Source: the human T2T-CHM13v2.0 reference genome, Homo sapiens
Assembly (NCBI RefSeq): GCF_009914755.1
Contig: NC_060929.1
Length of the DNA: 64,000 nt
Direction: 5' to 3' (one strand)
The position numbers and the translations under genes are program-made. Each line of letters starts with the position of its first letter. Position 1 is the first letter of the stretch. Of this stretch, positions 1-11,890 are shown piece by piece. The notes under the pieces are model-generated. The model was not told the DNA's origin. It saw only the letters and a program-made list of their open reading frames with translations, and ran no database searches.

Positions 1-206
1 GAATTTGCAAGTGGAGATTTCAAGCGCTTTGAGGCCAAAGGCAGAAAAGGAAATATCTTCGTATAAAAACTAGACAGAATCATTCTCAGAAACTGCTCTG
101 CGATGTGTGCGTTCAACTCTCAGAGTTTAACTTTTCTTTTCATTCAGCAGTTTGGAAACACTCTGTTTGTAAAGTCTGCACGTGGATATTTTGACCACTT
201 AGAGGC

Positions 207-223
207 CTTCGTTGGAAACGGGT
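207..223 (+). other. CENP-B box, GGGT-ending form (first of the ~340-bp-spaced series, found in C, D and E dimers)
   Basis: CTTCGTTGGAAACGGGT matches the binding consensus NTTCGNNNNANNCGGGN. Boxes recur once per dimer across the window (~188 expected from length/340). Confidence 0.95.
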
Positions 224-337
224 TTTTTTCCTGTAAGGCTAGACAGAAGAATTCCCAGTAACTTCCTTGTGTTGTGTACATTCAACTCACAGAGTTGAAC
301 GTTCCCTTAGACAGAGCAGATTTGAAACACTCTTTTT

Positions 338-3300
338 GTGCAATTGGCAAGTGGAGATTTCAAGCGCTTTAAGGTCAATGGCAGAAAAGGAAATATCTTC
401 GTTTCAAAACTAGACAGAATCATTCCCACAAACTGCGTTGTGATGTGTTCGTTCATCTCACAGAGTTTAACCTTTCTTTTCATAGAGCAGTTAGGAAACA
501 GTCTGTTTGAAAATTCTGTAAGTGGATATTCTGACATCTTGTGGCCTTCGTTGGAAACGGGATTTCTTCATATTCTGCTAGACAGAAGAATTCTCAGAAA
601 CTTCCTTGTGTTGTGTGTATTCAACTCACACAGTTGAACGATGGTTTACACAGAGCAGATTTGAAACACTCTTTTTGTGGAATTTGCAAGTGGAGATTTC
701 AGCCGCTTTGAGGTCAATGGTAGAAAAGGAAATATCTTCGTATAAAAACTAGACAGAATGATTCTCAGAAACTTCTTTGTGATGTGTGCGTTCAACTCAC
801 AGAGTTTAACCTTTCTTTTCATAGAGCAGTTAGGAAACACTCTGTTTGTAAACTCTGCAAGTGGATATTCAGACCTCTTTGAGGCCTTCGTTGGAAACGG
901 GATTTCTTCATACTGTGCTAGACAGAAGAATTCTCAGTAACTTCCTTGTGTTGTGTGTATTCAACTCACAGAGTTGAACGATCCTTTACACAGAGCAGAC
1001 TTGAAACACTCTTTTTGTGGAATTTGCAAGTGGAGATTTCAGCCGCGTTGAGGTCAATGGTAGAAAAGGAAATATCTTCGTATAAAAACTAGACAGAATG
1101 ATTCTCAGAAACTCCTTTGAGATGTGTGTGTTCAACTCACAGAGTTTAACCTTTCTTTTCATAGAGCAGTTAGGAATCACTCTGTTTGTAAAGTCTGCAA
1201 GTGGATATTCAGACCTCTTTGAGGCCTTCGTTGGAAACGGGTTTTTTTCATATAAGGCTAGACAGAAGAATTCCCAGTAACTTCCTTGTGTTGTGTGTGT
1301 TCAACTCACAGAGTTGAACTTTCATTTACACAGAGCAGATTTGAAACACTCTTTTTGTGGAATTTGCAAATGGAGATTTCAAGCGCTTTGAGGCCAAAGG
1401 CAGAAAAGGAAATATCTTCGTATAAAAACTAGACAGAATCATTCTCAGAAACTGCTCTGCGATGTGTGCGTTCAACTCTCAGAGTTTAACTTTGCTTTTC
1501 ATTCAGCAGTTTGGAAACACTCTGTTTGTAAAGTCTGCACGTGGATAATTTGACCACTTAGAGGCCTTCGTTGGAAACGGGTTTTTTTCATGTAAGGCTA
1601 GACAGAAGAATTCTCAGTAACTTCCTTGTGTTGTGTGTATTCAACTCACACAGTTGAACGATCCTTTACACAGAGCAGACTTGTAACACTCTTTTTGTGG
1701 AATTTGCAAGTGGAGATTTCAGCCGCTTTGAAGACAAAGGTGGAAAAGGAAATATCTTCCTATAAAAACTACACAGAATGATTCTCAGAAACTCCTTTGT
1801 GATGTGTGCGTTCAACTCACAGAGTTTAACCTTTCTTTTCATAGAGCAGTTAGGAAACACTCTGTTTGTAAAGTCTGCAAGTGGATATTCAGACCTCTTT
1901 GAGGCCTTCGTTGGAAACGGGTTTTTTTCATATAAGGCTAGACAGAAGAATTCCCAGTAACTTCCTTGTGTTGTGTGTGTTCAACTCACAGAGTTGAACT
2001 TTCATTTACACAGAGCAGATTTGAAACACTCTTTTTGTGGAATTTGCAAGTGGAGATTTCAAGCGCTTTGAGGCCAAAGGCAGAAAAGGAAATATCTTCG
2101 TATAAAAACTAGACAGAATCATTCTCAGAAACTGCTCTGTGATGTGTGCGTTCAACTCTCAGAGTTTAACTTTTCTTTTCATTCAGCAGTTTGGAAACAC
2201 TCTGTTTGTAAAGTCTGCACGTGGATAATTTGACCACTTAGAGGCCTTCGTTGGAAACGGGTTTTTTTCATGTAAGGCTAGACAGAAGAGTTCTCAGTAA
2301 CTTCCTTGTGTTGTGTGTATTCAACTCACACAGTTGAACGATCCTTTACAGAGAGCAGACTTGTAACACTCTTTTTGTGGAATTTGCAAGTGGAGATTTC
2401 AGCCGCTTTGAAGTCAAAGTAGAAAAGGAAATATCTTCCTATAAAAACTAGACAGAATGATTCTCAGAAACTCCTTTGTGATGTGTGCGTTCAACTCACA
2501 GAGTTTAACCTTTCTTTTCATAGAGCAGTTAGGAAACACTCTGTTTGTAAAGTCTGCAAGTGGATATTCAGACCTCTTTGAGGCCTTCGTTGGAAACGGG
2601 TTTTTTTCATATAAGGCTAGACAGAAGAATTCCCAGTAACTTCCTTGTGTTGTGTGTGTTCAACTCACAGAGTTGAACTTTCATTTACACAGAGCAGATT
2701 TGAAACACTCTTTTTGTGGAATTTGCAGGTGGAGATTTCAAGCCCTTTGAGGCCAAAGGCAGAAAAGGAAATATCTTCGTATAAAAACTAGACAGAATCA
2801 TTCTCAGAAACTGCTCTGCGATGTGTGCGTTCAACTCTCAGAGTTTAACTTTTCTTTTCATTCAGCAGTTTGGAAACACTCTGTTTGTAAAGTCTGCACG
2901 TGGATAATTTGACCACTTAGAGGCCTTCGTTGGAAACGGGTTTTTTTCATGTAAGGCTAGACAGAAGAATTCTCAGTAACTTCCTTGTGTTGTGTGTATT
3001 CAACTCACAGAGTTGAACGATCCTTTACACAGAGCAGACTTGTAACACTCTTTTTGTGGAATTTGCAAGTGGAGATTTCAGCCGCTTTGAAGTCAAAGGT
3101 AGAAAAGGAAATATCTTCCTATAAAAACTAGACAGAATGATTCTCAGAAACTCCTTTGTGATGTGTGCGTTCAACTCACAGAGTTTAACCTTTCTTTTCA
3201 TAGAGCAGTTAGGAAACACTCTGCTTGTAAAGTCTGCAAGTGGATATTCAGCTCTCTTTGAGGCCTTCGTTGGAAACGGGTTTTTTTCATATAAGGCTAG

Positions 3301-3735
3301 ACAGAAGAATTCCCAGTAACTTCCTTGTGTTGTGTGTGTTCAACTCACAGAGTTGAACTTTGATTTACACAGAGCAGATTTGAAACACTCTTTTTGTGGA
3401 ATTTGCAAGTGGAGATTTCAAGCGCTTTGAGGCCAAAGGCAGAAAAGGAAATATCTTCGTATAAAAACTAGACAGAATCATTCTCAGAAACTGCTCTGCG
3501 ATGTGTGCGTTCAACTCTCAGAGTTTAACTTTTCTTTTCATTCAGCAGTTTGGAAACACTCTGTTTGTAAAGTCTGCACGTGGATATTTTGACCACTTAG
3601 AGGCCTTCGTTGGAAACGGGTTTTTTTCCTGTAAGGCTAGACAGAAGAATTCCCAGTAACTTCCTTGTGTTGTGTACATTCAACTCACAGAGTTGAACGT
3701 TCCCTTAGACAGAGCAGATTTGAAACACTCTTTTT
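338..3735 (+). repeat. 20-mer HOR unit ABCD(ED)3, 3398 bp
   Basis: Spacing of the A-dimer marker GTGCAATTG (338 to 3736). Unit phase is arbitrary and anchored on this marker throughout. Confidence 0.92.
546..562 (+). other. Canonical CENP-B box (GGGA form, found in A and B dimers)
   Basis: CTTCGTTGGAAACGGGA, exact canonical 17-mer; the next is at 886-902. Confidence 0.97.
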
Positions 3736-5774
3736 GTGCAATTGGCAAGTGGAGATTTCAAGCGCTTTAAGGTCAATGGCAGAAAAGGAAATATCTTCGT
3801 TTCAAAACTAGACAGAATCATTCCCACAAACTGCGTTGTGATGTGTTCGTTCATCTCACAGAGTTTAACCTTTCTTTTCATAGAGCAGTTAGGAAACACT
3901 CTGTTTGTAAATTCTGTAAGTGGATATTCTGACATCTTGTGGCCTTCGTTGGAAACGGGATTTCTTCATATTCTGCTAGACAGAAGAATTCTCAGAATCT
4001 TCCTTGTGTTGTGTGTATTCAACTCACACAGTTGAACGATGGTTTACACAGAGCAGATTTGAAACACTCTTTTTGTGGAATTTGCAAGTGGAGATTTCAG
4101 CCGCTTTGAGGTCAATGGTAGAAAAGGAAATATCTTCGTATAAAAACTAGACAGAATGATTCTCAGAAACTTCTTTGTGATGTGTGCGTTCAACTCACAG
4201 AGTTTAACCTTTCTTTTCATAGAGCAGTTAGGAAACACTCTGTTTGTAAACTCTGCAAGTGGATATTCAGACCTCTTTGAGGCCTTCGTTGGAAACGGGA
4301 TTTCTTCATACTGTGCTAGACAGAAGAATTCTCAGTAACTTCCTTGTGTTGTGTGTATTCAACTCACAGAGTTGAACGATCCTTTACACAGAGCAGACTT
4401 GAAACACTCTTTTTGTGGAATTTGCAAGTGGAGATTTCAGCCGCGTTGAGGTCAATGGTAGAAAAGGAAATATCTTCGTATAAAAACTAGACAGAATGAT
4501 TCTCAGAAACTCCTTTGAGATGTGTGTGTTCAACTCACAGAGTTTAACCTTTCTTTTCATAGAGCAGTTAGGAATCACTCTGTTTGTAAAGTCTGCAAGT
4601 GGATATTCAGACCTCTTTGAGGCCTTCGTTGGAAACGGGTTTTTTTCATATAAGGCTAGACAGAAGAATTCCCAGTAACTTCCTTGTGTTGTGTGTGTTC
4701 AACTCACAGAGTTGAACTTTCATTTACACAGAGCAGATTTGAAACACTCTTTTTGTGGAATTTGCAAATGGAGATTTCAAGCGCTTTGAGGCCAAAGGCA
4801 GAAAAGGAAACATCTTCGTATAAAAACTAGACAGAATCATTCTCAGAAACTGCTCTGCGATGGGTGCGTTCAACTCTCAGAGTTTAACTTTGCTTTTCAT
4901 TCAGCAGTTTGGAAACACTCTGTTTGTAAAGTCTGCACGTGGATAATTTGACCACTTAGAGGCCTTCGTTGGAAACGGGTTTTTTTCATGTAAGGCTAGA
5001 CAGAAGAATTCTCAGTAACTTCCTTGTGTTGTGTGTATTCAACTCACAGAGTTGAACGATCCTTTACACAGAGCAGACTTGTAACACTCTTTTTGTGGAA
5101 TTTGCAAGTGGAGATTTCAGCCGCTTTGAAGTCAAAGGTAGAAAAGGAAATATCTTCCTATAAAAACTAGACAGAATGATTCTCAGAAACTCCTTTGTGA
5201 TGTGTGCGTTCAACTCACAGAGTTTAACCTTTCTTTTCATAGAGCAGTTAGGAAACACTCTGTTTGTAAAGTCTGCAAGTGGATATTCAGACCTCTTTGA
5301 GGCCTTCGTTGGAAACGGGTTTTTTTCATATAAGGCTAGACAGAAGAATTCCCAGTAACTTCCTTGTGTTGTGTGTGTTCAACTCACAGAGTTGAACTTT
5401 CATTTACACAGAGCAGATTTGAAACACTCTTTTTGTGGAATTTGCAAGTGGAGATTTCAAGCGCTTTGAGGCCAAAGGCAGAAAAGGAAATATCTTCGTA
5501 TAAAAACTAGACAGAATCATTCTCAGAAACTGCTCTGCGATGTGTGCGTTCAACTCTCAGAGTTTAACTTTTCTTTTCATTCAGCAGTTTGGAAACACTC
5601 TGTTTGTAAAGTCTGCACGTGGATATTTTGACCACTTAGAGGCCTTCGTTGGAAACGGGTTTTTTTCCTGTAAGGCTAGACAGAAGAATTCCCAGTAACT
5701 TCCTTGTGTTGTGTACATTCAACTCACAGAGTTGAACGTTCCCTTAGACAGAGCAGATTTGAAACACTCTTTTT
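3736..5774 (+). repeat. 12-mer HOR variant ABCD(ED)1, 2039 bp
   Basis: Marker spacing 3736 to 5775; one E dimer. Confidence 0.92.
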
Positions 5775-8492
5775 GTGCAATTGGCAAGTGGAGATTTCAA
5801 GCGCTTTAAGGTCAATGGCAGAAAAGGAAATATCTTCGTTTCAAAACTAGACAGAATCATTCCCACAAACTGCGTTGTGATGTGTTCGTTCATCTCACAG
5901 AGTTTAACCTTTCTTTTCATAGAGCAGTTAGGAAACACTCTGTTTGTAAATTCTGTAAGTGGATATTCTGACATCTTGTGGCCTTCGTTGGAAACGGGAT
6001 TTCTTCATATTCTGCTAGACAGAAGAATTCTCAGAATCTTCCTTGTGTTGTGTGTATTCAACTCACACAGTTGAACGATGGTTTACACAGAGCAGATTTG
6101 AAACACTCTTTTTGTGGAATTTGCAAGTGGAGATTTCAGCCGCTTTGAGGTCAATGGTAGAAAAGGAAATATCTTCGTATAAAAACTAGACAGAATGATT
6201 CTCAGAAACTTCTTTGTGATGTGTGCGTTCAACTCACAGAGTTTAACCTTTCTTTTCATAGAGCAGTTAGGAAACACTCTGTTTGTAAACTCTGCAAGTG
6301 GATATTCAGACCTCTTTGAGGCCTTCGTTGGAAACGGGATTTCTTCATACTGTGCTAGACAGAAGAATTCTCAGTAACTTCCTTGTGTTGTGTGTATTCA
6401 ACTCACAGAGTTGAACGATCCTTTACACAGAGCAGACTTGAAACACTCTTTTTGTGGAATTTGCAAGTGGAGATTTCAGCCGCGTTGAGGTCAATGGTAG
6501 AAAAGGAAATATCTTCGTATAAAAACTAGACAGAATGATTCTCAGAAACTCCTTTGAGATGTGTGTGTTCAACTCACAGAGTTTAACCTTTCTTTTCATA
6601 GAGCAGTTAGGAATCACTCTGTTTGTAAAGTCTGCAAGTGGATATTCAGACCTCTTTGAGGCCTTCGTTGGAAACGGGTTTTTTTCATATAAGGCTAGAC
6701 AGAAGAATTCCCAGTAACTTCCTTGTGTTGTGTGTGTTCAACTCACAGAGTTGAACTTTCATTTACACAGAGCAGATTTGAAACACTCTTTTTGTGGAAT
6801 TTGCAAATGGAGATTTCAAGCGCTTTGAGGCCAAAGGCAGAAAAGGAAATATCTTCGTATAAAAACTAGACAGAATCATTCTCAGAAACTGCTCTGCGAT
6901 GTGTGCGTTCAACTCTCAGAGTTTAACTTTGCTTTTCATTCAGCAGTTTGGAAACACTCTGTTTGTAAAGTCTGCACGTGGATAATTTGACCACTTAGAG
7001 GCCTTCGTTGGAAACGGGTTTTTTTCATGTAAGGCTAGACAGAAGAATTCTCAGTAACTTCCTTGTGTTGTGTGTATTCAACTCACACAGTTGAACGATC
7101 CTTTACAAAGAGCAGACTTGTAACACTCTTTTTGTGGAATTTGCAAGTGGAGATTTCAGCCGCTTTGAAGTCAAAGTAGAAAAGGAAATATCTTCCTATA
7201 AAAACTAGACAGAATGATTCTCAGAAACTCCTTTGTGATGTGTGCGTTCAACTCGCAGAGTTTAACCTTTCTTTTCATAGAGCAGTTAGGAAACACTCTG
7301 TTTGTAAAGTCTGCAAGTGGATATTCAGACCTCTTTGAGGCCTTCGTTGGAAACGGGTTTTTTTCATATAAGGCTAGACAGAAGAATTCCCAGTAACTTC
7401 CTTGTGTTGTGTGTGTTCAACTCACAGAGTTGAACTTTCATTTACACAGAGCAGATTTGAAACACTCTTTTTGTGGAATTTGCAGGTGGAGATTTCAAGC
7501 GCTTTGAGGCCAAAGGCAGAAAAGGAAATATCTTCGTATAAAAACTAGACAGAATCATTCTCAGAAACTGCTCTGCGATGTGTGCGTTCAACTCTCAGAG
7601 TTTAACTTTTCTTTTCATTCAGCAGTTTGGAAACACTCTGTTTGTAAAGTCTGCACGTGGATAATTTGACCACTTAGAGGCCTTCGTTGGAAACGGGTTT
7701 TTTTCATGTAAGGCTAGACAGAAGAATTCTCAGTAACTTCCTTGTGTTGTGTGTATTCAACTCACAGAGTTGAACGATCCTTTACACAGAGCAGACTTGT
7801 AACACTCTTTTTGTGGAATTTGCAAGTGGAGATTTCAGCCGCTTTGAAGTCAAAGGTAGAAAAGGAAATATCTTCCTATAAAAACTAGACAGAATGATTC
7901 TCAGAAACTCCTTTGTGATGTGTGCGTTCAACTCACAGAGTTTAACCTTTCTTTTCATAGAGCAGTTAGGAAACACTCTGCTTGTAAAGTCTGCAAGTGG
8001 ATATTCAGCCCTCTTTGAGGCCTTCGTTGGAAACGGGTTTTTTTCATATAAGGCTAGACAGAAGAATTCCCAGTAACTTCCTTGTGTTGTGTGTGTTCAA
8101 CTCACAGAGTTGAACTTTGATTTACACAGAGCAGATTTGAAACACTCTTTTTGTGGAATTTGCAAGTGGAGATTTCAAGCGCTTTGAGGCCAAAGGCAGA
8201 AAAGGAAATATCTTCGTATAAAAACTAGACAGAATCATTCTCAGAAACTGCTCTGCGATGTGTGCGTTCAACTCTCAGAGTTTAACTTTTCTTTTCATTC
8301 AGCAGTTTGGAAACACTCTGTTTGTAAAGTCTGCACGTGGATATTTTGACCACTTAGAGGCCTTCGTTGGAAACGGGTTTTTTTCCTGTAAGGCTAGACA
8401 GAAGAATTCCCAGTAACTTCCTTGTGTTGTGTACATTCAACTCACAGAGTTGAACGTTCCCTTAGACAGAGCAGATTTGAAACACTCTTTTT
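5775..8492 (+). repeat. 16-mer HOR variant ABCD(ED)2, 2718 bp
   Basis: Marker spacing 5775 to 8493; two E dimers. Confidence 0.92.
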
Positions 8493-11400
8493 GTGCAATT
8501 GGCAAGTGGAGATTTCAAGCGCTTTAAGGTCAATGGCAGAAAAGGAAATATCTTCGTTTCAAAACTAGACAGAATCATTCCCACAAACTGCGTTGTGATG
8601 TGTTCGTTCATCTCACAGAGTTTAACCTTTCTTTTCATAGAGCAGTTAGGAAACAGTCTGTTTGAAAATTCTGTAAGTGGATATTCTGACATCTTGTGGC
8701 CTTCGTTGGAAACGGGATTTCTTCATATTCTGCTAGACAGAAGAATTCTCAGAAACTTCCTTGTGTTGTGTGTATTCAACTCACACAGTTGAACGATGGT
8801 TTACACAGAGCAGATTTGAAACACTCTTTTTGTGGAATTTGCAAGTGGAGATTTCAGCCGCTTTGAGGTCAATGGTAGAAAAGGAAATATCTTCGTATAA
8901 AAACTAGACAGAATGATTCTCAGAAACTTCTTTGTGATGTGTGCGTTCAACTCACAGAGTTTAACCTTTCTTTTCATAGAGCAGTTAGGAAACACTCTGT
9001 TTGTAAACTCTGCAAGTGGATATTCAGACCTCTTTGAGGCCTTCGTTGGAAACGGGATTTCTTCATACTGTGCTAGACAGAAGAATTCTCAGTAACTTCC
9101 TTGTGTTGTGTGTATTCAACTCACAGAGTTGAACGATCCTTTACACAGAGCAGACTTGAAACACTCTTTTTGTGGAATTTGCAAGTGGAGATTTCAGCCG
9201 CGTTGAGGTCAATGGTAGAAAAGGAAATATCTTCGTATAAAAACTAGACAGAATGATTCTCAGAAACTCCTTTGAGATGTGTGTGTTCAACTCACAGAGT
9301 TTAACCTTTCTTTTCATAGAGCAGTTAGGAATCACTCTGTTTGTAAAGTCTGCAAGTGGATATTCAGACCTCTTTGAGGCCTTCGTTGGAAACGGGTTTT
9401 TTTCATATAAGGCTAGACAGAAGAATTCCCAGTAACTTCCTTGTGTTGTGTGTGTTCAACTCACAGAGTTGAACTTTCATTTACACAGAGCAGATTTGAA
9501 ACACTCTTTTTGTGGAATTTGCAAATGGAGATTTCAAGCGCTTTGAGGCCAAAGGCAGAAAAGGAAATATCTTCGTATAAAAACTAGACAGAATCATTCT
9601 CAGAAACTGCTCTGCGATGTGTGCGTTCAACTCTCAGAGTTTAACTTTGCTTTTCATTCAGCAGTTTGGAAACACTCTGTTTGTAAAGTCTGCACGTGGA
9701 TAATTTGACCACTTAGAGGCCTTCGTTGGAAACGGGTTTTTTTCATGTAAGGCTAGACAGAAGAATTCTCAGTAACTTCCTTGTGTTGTGTGTATTCAAC
9801 TCACACAGTTGAACGATCCTTTACACAGAGCAGACTTGTAACACTCTTTTTGTGGAATTTGCAAGTGGAGATTTCAGCCGCTTTGAAGACAAAGGTGGAA
9901 AAGGAAATATCTTCCTATAAAAACTACACAGAATGATTCTCAGAAACTCCTTTGTGATGTGTGCGTTCAACTCACAGAGTTTAACCTTTCTTTTCATAGA
10001 GCAGTTAGGAAACACTCTGTTTGTAAAGTCTGCAAGTGGATATTCAGACCTCTTTGAGGCCTTCGTTGGAAACGGGTTTTTTTCATATAAGGCTAGACAG
10101 AAGAATTCCCAGTAACTTCCTTGTGTTGTGTGTGTTCAACTCACAGAGTTGAACTTTCATTTACACAGAGCAGATTTGAAACACTCTTTTTGTGGAATTT
10201 GCAAGTGGAGATTTCAAGCGCTTTGAGGCCAAAGGCAGAAAAGGAAATATCTTCGTATAAAAACTAGACAGAATCATTCTCAGAAACTGCTCTGTGATGT
10301 GTGCGTTCAACTCTCAGAGTTTAACTTTTCTTTTCATTCAGCAGTTTGGAAACACTCTGTTTGTAAAGTCTGCACGTGGATAATTTGACCACTTAGAGGC
10401 CTTCGTTGGAAACGGGTTTTTTTCATGTAAGGCTAGACAGAAGAGTTCTCAGTAACTTCCTTGTGTTGTGTGTATTCAACTCACACAGTTGAACGATCCT
10501 TTACAGAGAGCAGACTTGTAACACTCTTTTTGTGGAATTTGCAAGTGGAGATTTCAGCCGCTTTGAAGTCAAAGTAGAAAAGGAAATATCTTCCTATAAA
10601 AACTAGACAGAATGATTCTCAGAAACTCCTTTGTGATGTGTGCGTTCAACTCACAGAGTTTAACCTTTCTTTTCATAGAGCAGTTAGGAAACACTCTGTT
10701 TGTAAAGTCTGCAAGTGGATATTCAGACCTCTTTGAGGCCTTCGTTGGAAACGGGTTTTTTTCATATAAGGCTAGACAGAAGAATTCCCAGTAACTTCCT
10801 TGTGTTGTGTGTGTTCAACTCACAGAGTTGAACTTTCATTTACACAGAGCAGATTTGAAACACTCTTTTTGTGGAATTTGCAGGTGGAGATTTCAAGCCC
10901 TTTGAGGCCAAAGGCAGAAAAGGAAATATCTTCGTATAAAAACTAGACAGAATCATTCTCAGAAACTGCTCTGCGATGTGTGCGTTCAACTCTCAGAGTT
11001 TAACTTTTCTTTTCATTCAGCAGTTTGGAAACACTCTGTTTGTAAAGTCTGCACGTGGATAATTTGACCACTTAGAGGCCTTCGTTGGAAACGGGTTTTT
11101 TTCATGTAAGGCTAGACAGAAGAATTCTCAGTAACTTCCTTGTGTTGTGTGTATTCAACTCACAGAGTTGAACGATCCTTTACACAGAGCAGACTTGTAA
11201 CACTCTTTTTGTGGAATTTGCAAGTGGAGATTTCAGCCGCTTTGAAGTCAAAGGTAGAAAAGGAAATATCTTCCTATAAAAACTAGACAGAATGATTCTC
11301 AGAAACTCCTTTGTGATGTGTGCGTTCAACTCACAGAGTTTAACCTTTCTTTTCATAGAGCAGTTAGGAAACACTCTGCTTGTAAAGTCTGCAAGTGGAT

Positions 11401-11890
11401 ATTCAGCTCTCTTTGAGGCCTTCGTTGGAAACGGGTTTTTTTCATATAAGGCTAGACAGAAGAATTCCCAGTAACTTCCTTGTGTTGTGTGTGTTCAACT
11501 CACAGAGTTGAACTTTGATTTACACAGAGCAGATTTGAAACACTCTTTTTGTGGAATTTGCAAGTGGAGATTTCAAGCGCTTTGAGGCCAAAGGCAGAAA
11601 AGGAAATATCTTCGTATAAAAACTAGACAGAATCATTCTCAAAAACTGCTCTGCGATGTGTGCGTTCAACTCTCAGAGTTTAACTTTTCTTTTCATTCAG
11701 CAGTTTGGAAACACTCTGTTTGTAAAGTCTGCACGTGGATATTTTGACCACTTAGAGGCCTTCGTTGGAAACGGGTTTTTTTCCTGTAAGGCTAGACAGA
11801 AGAATTCCCAGTAACTTCCTTGTGTTGTGTACATTCAACTCACAGAGTTGAACGTTCCCTTAGACAGAGCAGATTTGAAACACTCTTTTT
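8493..11890 (+). repeat. 20-mer HOR unit, near-identical to 338-3735
   Basis: 3398-bp spacing; shares rare SNPs with the first unit at an 8155-bp offset. Confidence 0.92.

Noticed and set aside
61-70. TATAAAA TATA-like motif, and the CACGTG E-box in D dimers
   Set aside because: These are intrinsic satellite motifs repeated many times; the sequence alone gives no evidence of promoter function.
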